This document shows, piece by piece, positions 1 through 8,783 of a DNA stretch of 64,000 nt. Numbering within the stretch: position 1 is the first letter of the stretch; each line of letters opens with the position of its first letter. Origin of the DNA: Actinomycetota bacterium (GTDB taxonomy: Bacteria > Actinomycetota > Acidimicrobiia > Acidimicrobiales > JAJPHE01); the NCBI GenBank assembly GCA_027315345.1, contig DAHUYE010000060.1, forward strand, positions 99,949 to 163,948. The letters run 5' to 3'. The notes below the pieces were generated by a model. That model did not search any database, was not told the DNA's origin, and saw only the letters and a program-made list of their open reading frames with translations. Position numbers and translations under genes: made by a program.

Positions 1-2318
1 CCGCCTTCCAGTTCAGTGCCGTCCTGCTGTCCGGACGCTGGACCCGGCGGTGGCTGGCCAAGAACCTGGGCGAGCCTCTCCGTTGGGCCGGGATGGCGCT
101 GATCGGCGTGGGAGTGGGGCTTCTGCTGGTGGCCGTGGCACCGTCTCTGCCCTTCGCCTTGGTCTTCGCCGCGCTGGCCAGCTTTGCCGGGGGGATGTTC
201 TACCCGCCTTTCTTCACGGTTCAGGCCCTGGTGTCGCCCGCCCGGGTGCGCACATTGTCCTTCGGCTTCGGATCCTTCTTCTTGGTCTCCGGGGCCTGGC
301 TCCTCTGGGTCATTCCCGAAGGTTCACTGTCCACCCAGCATGGCTATCGCGTCGCCTTGGGTGCACTCCTGCCCTACTGGGTGATCGGAGGACTGGCCCT
401 CACCTCGGCCAAGCGGTTCGTGCTGCCCGACGCCACGAAGGCTCTCAAGCTTCTCTCCCGTACCGTCGAGATGCGCCATCAGCGCGCCGCGGGTACCCGG
501 TCCCTGCTGCTCTGCGCGGGAGTGGACGTGGCCTATGACAAGGTCCAAGTGCTCTTCGACGTCGACTTCGAGGTCAGCGAAGGTGAGATAGTCGCCCTGC
601 TCGGCACCAACGGCGCAGGAAAGTCGACCCTGCTCAAGGCCATCTCCGGTTTGGTCGACCCCGTGGGCGGGCTCATCTATTTCGACGGTCGGGACGTCAC
701 TCATCTCGACCCCGTGGCCTCGGCCAAGCTCGGCATAGTCCAGATGCCCGGAGGCCGGAGTGTCTTTCCGACCCTGACCGTCAAGGAGTGTCTGCGCCTG
801 GCCGGCTGGCTATACCGTCGCAACGACCCCGCCCACATCAAGGCGGCCACGGCCAAGGCCGTCGAGTACTTCCCCATCCTGGTCACTCGGGCTGACGCCT
901 TGGCTGGAAACCTCTCCGGCGGTGAGCAGCAGATGCTCGGCCTGGCCATGGCCTTCATAGCCAAGCCCCGACTGCTGATGATCGATGAGCTCTCCCTCGG
1001 ACTGGCCCCAGCCATAGTCGGCCAGTTGGTGGAGATCGTGCGAGCCATCCACGCCGAGGGCACCACGGTGATCGTGGTCGAGCAGTCGGTCAACGTCGCT
1101 TTGACCCTGGCTCAGCGGGCCGTGTTCATGGAGAAGGGCGAGATCCGCTTCTCCGGTCCGACCGCGGAGTTGTTGGGCCGAGACGACATCCTGCGTTCGG
1201 TGTTCCTCGAAGGGGCTGCCGCCGCCACCGGCCACGGGGCCATGGCGCAAGGGGCCGGCGGTGGAGCGGCGGCCCTGGGAGTTCTGGCCGCCCTCGAGGT
1301 GGGCGGCCCCGGGACCAGGGCTAACGAGCCCGGCGGGGGCGACGGGGATGGCGTCGCGCCGCCCAAGCGGGGCCGTCGGGGGGCAAGGGGCACGGCTGCA
1401 GCCGAGACGCCCGCCGCGGTCGACGTTCCCCAACGACCGCCGATCCCCGCCGATGCCCCGGTCCTGCTCGAGTTGGACAACGTGGTGGTCCGCTTCGGCG
1501 GGGTCCAGGCGGTGGACCACGCCAGCTTCAGCCTTCACCAGGGCGAGATCCTGGGCCTGATCGGGCCCAACGGGGCCGGCAAGACCACGATCTTCGACAC
1601 CATCTCCGGTTTCGTGCGCCCCGTCGAGGGCCGGATCCGCTTCCTCGGACGGGATGTGACCGACTCCTCCCCGCACCTCCGTGCCCTGGCCGGTCTCGGC
1701 CGTTCGTTCCAAGACGCCCGGTTGTTCCCTTCCCTCACCGTGGCCGAGAACATCGCCGTGGGTCTGGAGCGACACCTCGACGTGCGAGACCCAGTGGCCG
1801 CCGCCCTTGGTCTTCCAGCCGTGGCCGACGCCGAGACTGAGATCGCCTGGGAAGTCCACGATCTGGTCGAGTTGCTCGGCCTCGAGGCCTTCCGCAACAA
1901 ATTCGTTTCCGAGCTGTCCACCGGGAGCCGGCGCATAGTCGACCTGGCCATGGCCATCGCCCACCGTCCCGCCGTGCTGATCCTCGATGAGCCGAGTTCG
2001 GGTATAGCCCAGCGGGAGACCGAGGCCCTCGGTCCGCTCCTCCTGCGCATTCAGGACCAGGTCGGTTGCGCGCTGCTCGTCATCGAGCACGACATGCCCC
2101 TCATCACCGACATCTCCAACACCATCGTGGCCCTGGACCTCGGCCGGGTGGTGACCATCGGTGCACCCAAGGAGGTGGTCAACCACCCCGCCGTGGTCGC
2201 CTCCTACCTGGGGACCGATGAGTCGATCATTGCCCGCTCGGGGTCATTGGCCAGCCCGGAAGCCACCGTGCCTCCCCGGGCCAAGCGCCGCCGGGACCCG
2301 GCAACGCAGAAGGCCTGA
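1..2318 (+). CDS. 5'-truncated fusion protein: hydrophobic membrane domain followed by tandem LivF-like and LivG-like ABC ATPase domains
   Basis: The frame is open from nt 3 to the window edge with no stop. The N-terminal ~110 aa are hydrophobic (LIGVGVGLLLVAV, FGFGSFFLVSGAWLL). NBD1 has Walker A GTNGAGKST and signature LSGGEQQ; NBD2 has GPNGAGKTT and LSTGSRR. A Gly/Ala/Pro/Arg-rich linker joins the two NBDs. Confidence 0.8.
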   Translation, partial: AFQFSAVLLSGRWTRRWLAKNLGEPLRWAGMALIGVGVGLLLVAVAPSLPFALVFAALASFAGGMFYPPFFTVQALVSPARVRTLSFGFGSFFLVSGAWLLWVIPEGSLSTQHGYRVALGALLPYWVIGGLALTSAKRFVLPDATKALKLLSRTVEMRHQRAAGTRSLLLCAGVDVAYDKVQVLFDVDFEVSEGEIVALLGTNGAGKSTLLKAISGLVDPVGGLIYFDGRDVTHLDPVASAKLGIVQMPGGRSVFPTLTVKECLRLAGWLYRRNDPAHIKAATAKAVEYFPILVTRADALAGNLSGGEQQMLGLAMAFIAKPRLLMIDELSLGLAPAIVGQLVEIVRAIHAEGTTVIVVEQSVNVALTLAQRAVFMEKGEIRFSGPTAELLGRDDILRSVFLEGAAAATGHGAMAQGAGGGAAALGVLAALEVGGPGTRANEPGGGDGDGVAPPKRGRRGARGTAAAETPAAVDVPQRPPIPADAPVLLELDNVVVRFGGVQAVDHASFSLHQGEILGLIGPNGAGKTTIFDTISGFVRPVEGRIRFLGRDVTDSSPHLRALAGLGRSFQDARLFPSLTVAENIAVGLERHLDVRDPVAAALGLPAVADAETEIAWEVHDLVELLGLEAFRNKFVSELSTGSRRIVDLAMAIAHRPAVLILDEPSSGIAQRETEALGPLLLRIQDQVGCALLVIEHDMPLITDISNTIVALDLGRVVTIGAPKEVVNHPAVVASYLGTDESIIARSGSLASPEATVPPRAKRRRDPATQKA

Positions 2319-2319
2319 G

Positions 2320-3537
2320 GTGGCGAAAGCGGGGGACCGGGTCCACCCGGTCACCAGAGCCGTTACGACGGCTGTCCTTGCGCTCGGGATTCTGCTGGCG
2401 TTGGCGGCTGGCCCCGCCCAAGCCAGCGTTTCGGGCTCGCTGTCGTCCGGGTACTGGTGGCAGTCCCAGCCGGCCGGTTCGCCCCTGCCGCCCCCGCCCC
2501 AAGTCCCCTCCGGAGGCTTGTGGGTGTCGTCCAACGCCTCGGGCGATCAGTCCATCTCCGCCATCCGCTTCACCGTCCCCGCCGGCCAGTCCCCAGTCAC
2601 CCTCACCCTGCACGTTCACGAGGCCCAACCCGCGGCGCAGGTGGACGTCGTGGCCTGCACCACCACGTCGAATTGGGCTCCTACCGGCTCCAGCCCCGGG
2701 GCGTGGACCTCCCGGCCCCAGGCGGACTGTTCCGCAGGTCAGACAACCGGGACTTTGTCTCCCGACGGCTCCACCCTCAGTTTCGACTTGGCCGCGCTGG
2801 TGAACCCCTCCTCCTCATCCGGAGGGGCGGGATCAGACACCCTGGTGGACCTGGTCCTCGAACCGGGACAGGTGCCCAGCTCCGTGCCTTCGGCCGTACC
2901 CGGTTCCCCAGGAAATTCCTCCCCGACCTTTGATGCCACCTTCGAGCCGGTGACCCCCGACCAGGTCCAACTCAGCGGACAGCCCACCGCGGCGTCGAAT
3001 CCCTCCGCGCCGACTTCTGGTGCCACCTCGACCTCAGGTTCGGGTGCCGGTGGCAGTAGCGGGGGAGGGGGCCAGACGTACGGCTCACCCGTGGGCCTGG
3101 CTGCGGCCATCCCTTCCAGCGCGGGACTCTCATCGTCGGGCGGACCCCTTGGAACCACCACCCTCGCCTCCCCCGCGGCAGGGACGCCCGGGGCGAGTGC
3201 GCCGGCCGGCGCCAACAGTTCGATTGACGCTCGCGGGCCGGCGGCGTCCGCCGGCGGCACCTCCGGCCCTCGGGGCTCGGGGGGCCGCTCCTGGCAGGAA
3301 AAGATCCTGCTTTCACTGGTCGCCCTCGACGTGGGGGGATACGCCATCGTCAGCGCCGAAGGCGGCCCCCGCCGGGCACTGGAGCATCCCCGAGCCAATA
3401 TGGTCAGCGGTCGAACCGCCCGACCACCGCTGAGTCTCTACGACTCGCCAGAGTTGGCCGCTTCCAGGCTGAGGGTGGCTTCGGAGCAGGCGGCAGCCGG
3501 GCCCGCCAGGCAGGGTCGACCACCTCCGCTGCGGTGA
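2320..3537 (+). CDS. Hypothetical secreted/anchored Ser-Gly-Pro-rich protein
   Basis: GTG at 2320 lies just after the upstream TGA. There is a signal-like N-terminus (AVLALGILLALAAGPAQA), a long S/G/P/T low-complexity region and a C-terminal hydrophobic helix (ILLSLVALDVGGYAIVSA). No catalytic motif was recognised. Confidence 0.5.
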   Translation: MAKAGDRVHPVTRAVTTAVLALGILLALAAGPAQASVSGSLSSGYWWQSQPAGSPLPPPPQVPSGGLWVSSNASGDQSISAIRFTVPAGQSPVTLTLHVHEAQPAAQVDVVACTTTSNWAPTGSSPGAWTSRPQADCSAGQTTGTLSPDGSTLSFDLAALVNPSSSSGGAGSDTLVDLVLEPGQVPSSVPSAVPGSPGNSSPTFDATFEPVTPDQVQLSGQPTAASNPSAPTSGATSTSGSGAGGSSGGGGQTYGSPVGLAAAIPSSAGLSSSGGPLGTTTLASPAAGTPGASAPAGANSSIDARGPAASAGGTSGPRGSGGRSWQEKILLSLVALDVGGYAIVSAEGGPRRALEHPRANMVSGRTARPPLSLYDSPELAASRLRVASEQAAAGPARQGRPPPLR

Positions 3538-3596
3538 AATGGCCACCGAGGCCGCCGAAGCCGGCCGGCTGGGAACGGAACCTGAGCCGGAGTCGT

Positions 3597-4370
3597 TCAG
3601 CTCTGAAGCAACAAGCGGCGCAGGGTCTGCAGCATCTCGGTGGGCACGCCCGCATCCAGGAGGTAGCCCTCCACCGAGCCGTGCCGGTGCCGGAGACCGT
3701 CGAGGGTCAGTCGCATGGCCCCGGCCGGAGCGGAGAGGAGCCAGTCCGGGATGACGGGGACCTCGCTGCCAGCGGCGGCGCTGACCATCAGGCGGCTCAC
3801 CATCCGCTCGACAGCCGGGGCGCTCAGGGCGTAGTCCTCGGCCACGGTGGCGTCGTCCACGCCCAGGATGGACAGCAGTACGGCGGCCAGTATCCCGGTG
3901 CGGTCCTTACCGGCGGCGCAATGGAAGACGACCGGATGAGAAGACGGATCGGCCATCACCCGCAGGGCCAGGGCGATGGCCAGTGAGCCCTCTTCCAGCA
4001 TCTTGCCGTAGGTATGGGCCAGGGTCTCCTCGGGGTCGGTGACGGCGGCCGGGCCCAGGGTGGCATCGAGGGAGTGGAGGACGGGCAGCTGATGGAACCG
4101 CTCGGCTCCGATGGCCACCACCGACACGTGGCCGGCGGCCACCTCGTCCCAGCTGCGCAGGTCGATCACGGTGCGGATGCCGAGGGCCCGGATGCAGTCC
4201 CGGTCGGTCTGGTTGGCCCGATGCAGCCCGTCGGCCCGGAAGATGTGGCCCCACCGGACGCGGCGGCCGTCCGTGGTCGGGTAGCCGCCGACATCACGGA
4301 GGTTGTGGACCTCGGCCAAGGAGATGCAGCGCTGCGCTGTCTGTCTCCGCCGCACGACCTTGGTCGTCAT
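3597..4370 (-). CDS. PtpB-like protein tyrosine/dual-specificity phosphatase (Y_phosphatase3-type)
   Basis: The CX5R P-loop HCAAGKDRTG matches the CFAGKDRTG-type active site of mycobacterial PtpB-family enzymes. Clean 257-aa ORF. Confidence 0.85.
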   Translation of the reverse strand: MTTKVVRRRQTAQRCISLAEVHNLRDVGGYPTTDGRRVRWGHIFRADGLHRANQTDRDCIRALGIRTVIDLRSWDEVAAGHVSVVAIGAERFHQLPVLHSLDATLGPAAVTDPEETLAHTYGKMLEEGSLAIALALRVMADPSSHPVVFHCAAGKDRTGILAAVLLSILGVDDATVAEDYALSAPAVERMVSRLMVSAAAGSEVPVIPDWLLSAPAGAMRLTLDGLRHRHGSVEGYLLDAGVPTEMLQTLRRLLLQS

Positions 4371-4570
4371 TGCCGTTAACCGTAAGCCTCGACCCTTTCC
4401 TCCGGGTTACGCCCGGGCACTCGGCGGATGAACATCGGATGGATTCCGCTCCGGTCGGCGTCAGGGTTGGTATCAACGGGTCGGAGTTCACCCAAACGTC
4501 AGCCGGTCGGCACCATCCGGTTGCCTGTTGCTCATCGGGCGGACACCTGCCACTCATACCGTCCCCAAAC

Positions 4571-5269
4571 ATGGCGTTGCCGGGCGCTCACGTACCCGAG
4601 CGGAGGCTCGCCTTCCTGACCAGTCCGCCCCGGAACCGGGTCGCCCTGCGCCAGTTCCTGGCTGCCGAACTCGGCGAAGTGGTAACCATCACCAACGACG
4701 ACGGCCTGGACGGGCTCGGCGCCGACGGCCCGGGGGGCTTCGACGCCGTGGTGGTCGATCTCCCCCCCGGTGAGCGCCTCTACCTCTGCGGCCGGGTCCG
4801 GGCCCGCAGCTCCGTGCCGATGCTCGTTCTGGGGGACGCCAACGGCGCCGATGCCCCGGCCTGCCTCGACGCCGGCGCCGATGACTACCTGGCCAATCCG
4901 GAGCGGGTCCATGAGGTGGCCGCCCGGCTTCGGGCCCTATGGCGGCGCTCCCCCCGCCCGGTCCGGGCCGCCCGGGTGATCGAGGCCGGTGGGGTACGGG
5001 TCGACCTCGACCGCCATGAGGTGGCCATCGGAGCAACCCGGGTGGCTCTGCCCCTCAAACAGTTCCGGCTCCTGGAGCTGCTGGTGGCCAACGCCGGCCA
5101 GGTGGTGAGCAGCCGGGCCATAGTCGAACATGTCTGGGGTCCCCTGGAGCGGGTCGACCGCAACACCGTCCAGGCCCATGTGGCCCGCCTGCGTCAGACC
5201 CTCGGGGACGAGGATGTGGCCCAGCGGATACACGCCGTACCCGGAATCGGCTACACCTTTCCCCGGTGA
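4571..5269 (+). CDS. OmpR/PhoB-family winged-helix response regulator with a degenerate receiver domain (orphan)
   Basis: The C-terminal wHTH is recognisable (LPLKQFRLLELLV...RNTVQAHVARLRQTL...VPGIGYTF). The receiver keeps the acceptor Asp (AVVVDL). The acidic pair is replaced (LTSPP), the Thr/Ser position reads VLGD, and the conserved Lys is Asn (DDYLANP). The ATG at 4571 is the chosen start; the ORF track extends to 4370. Confidence 0.8.
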   Translation: MALPGAHVPERRLAFLTSPPRNRVALRQFLAAELGEVVTITNDDGLDGLGADGPGGFDAVVVDLPPGERLYLCGRVRARSSVPMLVLGDANGADAPACLDAGADDYLANPERVHEVAARLRALWRRSPRPVRAARVIEAGGVRVDLDRHEVAIGATRVALPLKQFRLLELLVANAGQVVSSRAIVEHVWGPLERVDRNTVQAHVARLRQTLGDEDVAQRIHAVPGIGYTFPR

Positions 5270-6246
5270 CAGGCAGACAGAACCGGTCCGGAGCCACGAT
5301 CGGGATCGACCTGGGCGGTACCAAGATCTTTGCCCTGGCCGTGGACAACGGGCAGATCGTGGGCGAGGCCAAGGAGAAGACGCCCGTACACGGGGGGCCG
5401 TTGGCGGTGGTGGACGCCCTGGCCGCCGTGATCGGCCAGCTCACCCCCTCGGCCCCGGCAGCGGTGGGTGTGGGGGCTCCCGGCGCCATCGACCACCGGA
5501 CCGGGGTGATCCGCTGGGCCCCCAACCTGCCGGGCTGGATCGAGCCGTTCAACCTGGCCTCGGCCCTCTCGGCGGCGGTGGGTGACTGCCCCGTGCTCGT
5601 CGACAACGACGTCAACGTGGGCACCCTGGCCGAGCATCGCCTGGGGGCCGGACAGGGCCATGACGACCTGGTCGGCATCTTCGTGGGCACCGGGGTGGGC
5701 GGGGGCCTGATCCTGGATGGCCGGCTCCGGCGCGGCCCCACCGGCTTTGCCGGGGAGATCGGGCACATGGTGGTGCGGACCGGGGGCCGGCGCTGCGGCT
5801 GCGGGGGACGGGGCCACGTCGAGGCCTATGCCGGGAGGGCCGGGATGGAGCGCCGGGCCCGGCAGCTGGCCGACCGGGGGTCGGACACGGTCCTGGTCAG
5901 CCTGGCCAAGGCCAGGCGGATGACCTCCAGCGTCTTCGCCCGGGCCCTGGCGGCCAAGGACACGGTGGCCCTCAACCTGGTGGAGGGAGCGGTGGAGGCC
6001 CTGGCCCAGGCGCTGGCCGCCACCGTTACCGTCCTGGATGTCCCGTTGGTGGTGATCGGGGGCGGCCTGGCCGACCGCCTGGGTCCCAGCTTCGTGGCCC
6101 GAATCGAGGCGGCCACGGCCGAGCTCGTGCCCGGGGTTCAGACCGGCGCCCTGCGCATAGTGCCCGGGGACCTGGGGGACCGGGGCGGGGCCCTGGGCGC
6201 CGCCCTGATGGCCGGGACCGACATATCGTTGCCGGCACCGGGGTAG
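5266..6246 (+). CDS. ROK-family sugar kinase (glucokinase-like, no N-terminal HTH)
   Basis: N-terminal ATP-binding IGIDLGGTKI and a ROK Zn/Cys motif CGCGGRGHVE. The GTG start overlaps the regulator's stop (GTGA). Confidence 0.85.
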   Translation: MTGRQNRSGATIGIDLGGTKIFALAVDNGQIVGEAKEKTPVHGGPLAVVDALAAVIGQLTPSAPAAVGVGAPGAIDHRTGVIRWAPNLPGWIEPFNLASALSAAVGDCPVLVDNDVNVGTLAEHRLGAGQGHDDLVGIFVGTGVGGGLILDGRLRRGPTGFAGEIGHMVVRTGGRRCGCGGRGHVEAYAGRAGMERRARQLADRGSDTVLVSLAKARRMTSSVFARALAAKDTVALNLVEGAVEALAQALAATVTVLDVPLVVIGGGLADRLGPSFVARIEAATAELVPGVQTGALRIVPGDLGDRGGALGAALMAGTDISLPAPG

Positions 6247-6332
6247 TTCAACTTTCGTTCACCTCCCCGTCAGAGGCCCTGGGCTAGAAATTCCCGGGTG
6301 AGTCCGAGACCAGGGCGATCCGAGGAGGACGA

Positions 6333-6563
6333 ATGCCTGTCGACCTGAGCGCTGACCGACCGGGCCGTCTGGAGGCCGACCTGAGGGCGGCCTCGGAGCG
6401 GGTGAAGCGCCGCTTCGAGGGAAGGCTGGACGACCCCACCGTGGAGGTGGTCGTGGCCGATGTGACCGGGTCGCTGGCCGGAGCGCGGGTCAAGGATTAC
6501 CTGGGCATACTGGTCGAACGAATGAGCGTCGACCGCCTCAACTCGATTCTGGTCTCGGCCTGA
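6333..6563 (+). CDS. Small helical protein, possibly a three-helix-bundle dimerisation-domain family member
   Basis: 76-aa ORF with GAGGAGGA 5 nt upstream of the ATG. The C-terminal pattern ARVKDYLGILVERMSVDRL resembles small actinobacterial helical proteins. The family assignment is from memory only. Confidence 0.45.
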   Translation: MPVDLSADRPGRLEADLRAASERVKRRFEGRLDDPTVEVVVADVTGSLAGARVKDYLGILVERMSVDRLNSILVSA

Positions 6564-6649
6564 GCCCTCCCTCCGCCCCCCGCAGGGCCCGACCCCTGGC
6601 GGGAGCGCCCAGCATCGACGCCCCTCAGACGGCGCTCATCAACCGCGAG

Positions 6650-8731
6650 TTGTCCTGGCTGGATTTCAACGACCGGGTGCTGGCCCTGGTCGATGACCCC
6701 GACACCCCCCTTCTGGAGCGGGTCAAGTTCCTGGCCGTGTTCAGCACCAACCTGGACGAGTTCTTCGGGGTCCGGGTGGCCGGCCTCAAGTCGCGCCAGG
6801 AGGCCGGCCTCGGCCCGGGGCCGGACACGGGAACCCCGACCGAACAGCTGGCCGCCATCCGGGGTCGGGCCGGGGACCTGGTCCGCCGCCAGTCGGAGCT
6901 GTACCTCAACCAGGTCAGACCACGGTTGGAGGACTCCGGGATCCGGATCCTCGAGGACATGCCCGAGGATCCGGCCGACCGCGCCTACCTGGACCGGCTC
7001 TTCGAGGACACCATCTTCCCCGTCCTCACCCCCCTGGCCGTCGATCCGGGCCATCCGTTCCCCTATATCTCCAACCTCTCCCTCAACCTGGCCGTCTTCG
7101 TGGTGAATCCCGAGACCGGGGAGCGGCGCTTCGCCCGGCTCAAGGTCCCCCCGGTCCTACCCCGCTTCCTGGCCCTGCCCGACCAGATCCGGTTCGTGCC
7201 GTTGGAAGCGGTCATCGCCGCCCACCTGGACCGGCTCTTCACCGGCCTGGAGATCGAATACACGGTTGCCTTCCGGGTGACCCGGAACATGGACCTGGCC
7301 GCCAGTTCGGACGAGGAGGCCGAGGACCTCCTCGAAGCGGTCGAAATGGAGCTGCGTCAGCAGCGTTTCGGTGACGCCGTGCGCCTGGAGGTCCCCCGCA
7401 ACGTGCGGACCGACGTGCTGGACCTGCTCCTGCGCGAACTGGCCCTCACCGCCGAGGACGTCTACCGCATCGACGCCCCCCTGGATCTCGGCGGCCTCTG
7501 GGAGGTGTACGGACTCGACCGCCCGGAGCTCAAATACGAAGCCCTGCCGCCCATCACGCCTCCCGCCTTCGAGGGCGCCGACGGGGAGTCTGCGGATGTC
7601 TTTGCCGCCATGCGCGAGGGCGACATCCTGGTGCACCACCCCTACGAATCCTTCGCCATGACCGTCCAGGAGCTGTTCCGCCAGGCCTCGACGGACCCAG
7701 CCGTCATGGCCATAAAGCTCACGCTGTACCGGACCTCGGGTGACAGCCCCATCGTCAAGTCGCTGATCCGGGCGGCTGAGCGGGGCAAACAGGTGGCGGT
7801 GCTGGTGGAGCTCAAAGCCCGAGGGGACGAGCAGGCCAACATCGCCTTCGCCCGGGCCATGGAGGAGGCCGGCATCCACGTCGTGTACGGCCTCATGGGG
7901 CTCAAGACCCACAGCAAGGTGGCCATGATCGTCCGCCAGGAGGAAACGGGCATCCGCCGCTACTGCCACGTGGGCACGGGCAACTACAACCCCAGCACCG
8001 CCCAGATCTACGAGGACCTCGGCCTGTTGACGGTCGATCCGGACCTGGGCGCCGACCTGACCGACCTGTTCAACTTCCTGACCGGCTACAGCCGCCAGGC
8101 CCACTACCGGAAGCTGCTGGTGGCGCCGGTCACCCTGCGCCGGCGCCTGATCGAGCTCATCGATGAACAGGCCGACCTGGGCCCGGGAGGCCGCATCGCC
8201 ATGAAGCTCAACCACCTGGTCGACCCCGAGCTCATCGAGGCCCTCTACCGGGCCTCCGGGCAGGGAGCCCGCGTCGAGATCGTGGCCCGGACCCGCTGCT
8301 CGCTGCGCCCGGGGGTGCCGGGGCTGTCGGACAACATCACCGTGCGCTCCATCGTCGGGCGCTTCCTGGAGCACTCCCGCGTCTTCGTCTTCGGGGACCG
8401 CTCCTCCCCCGACGCCCACTGGTACATGGGCTCGGCCGACCTCATGGAGCGCAACCTGGACGGTCGGGTGGAGGTTCTGCTCAACGTCGAGTCCGCCACC
8501 GAGCAGGCCCGGCTGCGCCGGGTCATCGAGGTCGAGCTGTCCGAGCGCACCATCGCCTGGCACCTGGGCCCGGACGGGTCCTGGACCTACCAGGGCGGGC
8601 CCGAGCGGGTCTCGGCCCAGGACGTGCTGGCCGCCGACGCCTGGCGGCGCAGCCACCCGGGCCGGCCCGACCCGGTCCGCCTGCACGGGCTGGCCCCGGC
8701 CGAGGAGTCCGCCGACCGGGCCGCTTCATGA
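6650..8731 (+). CDS. ppk1: Polyphosphate kinase 1
   Basis: Contains the PPK1 hallmark SWLDFNDRVL...LLERVKFLAVFSTNLDEFF and is of typical length. The first canonical start is TTG 6650, but conserved LINRE continues in frame upstream, so the true start may be non-canonical (see findings). Confidence 0.9.
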   Translation: MSWLDFNDRVLALVDDPDTPLLERVKFLAVFSTNLDEFFGVRVAGLKSRQEAGLGPGPDTGTPTEQLAAIRGRAGDLVRRQSELYLNQVRPRLEDSGIRILEDMPEDPADRAYLDRLFEDTIFPVLTPLAVDPGHPFPYISNLSLNLAVFVVNPETGERRFARLKVPPVLPRFLALPDQIRFVPLEAVIAAHLDRLFTGLEIEYTVAFRVTRNMDLAASSDEEAEDLLEAVEMELRQQRFGDAVRLEVPRNVRTDVLDLLLRELALTAEDVYRIDAPLDLGGLWEVYGLDRPELKYEALPPITPPAFEGADGESADVFAAMREGDILVHHPYESFAMTVQELFRQASTDPAVMAIKLTLYRTSGDSPIVKSLIRAAERGKQVAVLVELKARGDEQANIAFARAMEEAGIHVVYGLMGLKTHSKVAMIVRQEETGIRRYCHVGTGNYNPSTAQIYEDLGLLTVDPDLGADLTDLFNFLTGYSRQAHYRKLLVAPVTLRRRLIELIDEQADLGPGGRIAMKLNHLVDPELIEALYRASGQGARVEIVARTRCSLRPGVPGLSDNITVRSIVGRFLEHSRVFVFGDRSSPDAHWYMGSADLMERNLDGRVEVLLNVESATEQARLRRVIEVELSERTIAWHLGPDGSWTYQGGPERVSAQDVLAADAWRRSHPGRPDPVRLHGLAPAEESADRAAS

Positions 8732-8783
8732 GCGAACCGCCCGGGCCGCCCGGCGGCCCACACCACTTCCCCCGGACCCGCTG

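Noticed and set aside
4371-4570. A possible small RNA or tRNA in the 200-bp PtpB/regulator intergenic region (also 15836-15952, 60385-60484)
   Set aside because: There is no tRNA-like cloverleaf signature, no strong hairpin plus U-tract and no recognisable riboswitch core. These are most simply divergent or convergent promoter and UTR space.
7157-8686. A 509-aa minus-strand ORF
   Set aside because: It is antisense to ppk1, has no recognisable domain, and shows the typical mirror-frame composition of a high-GC gene.
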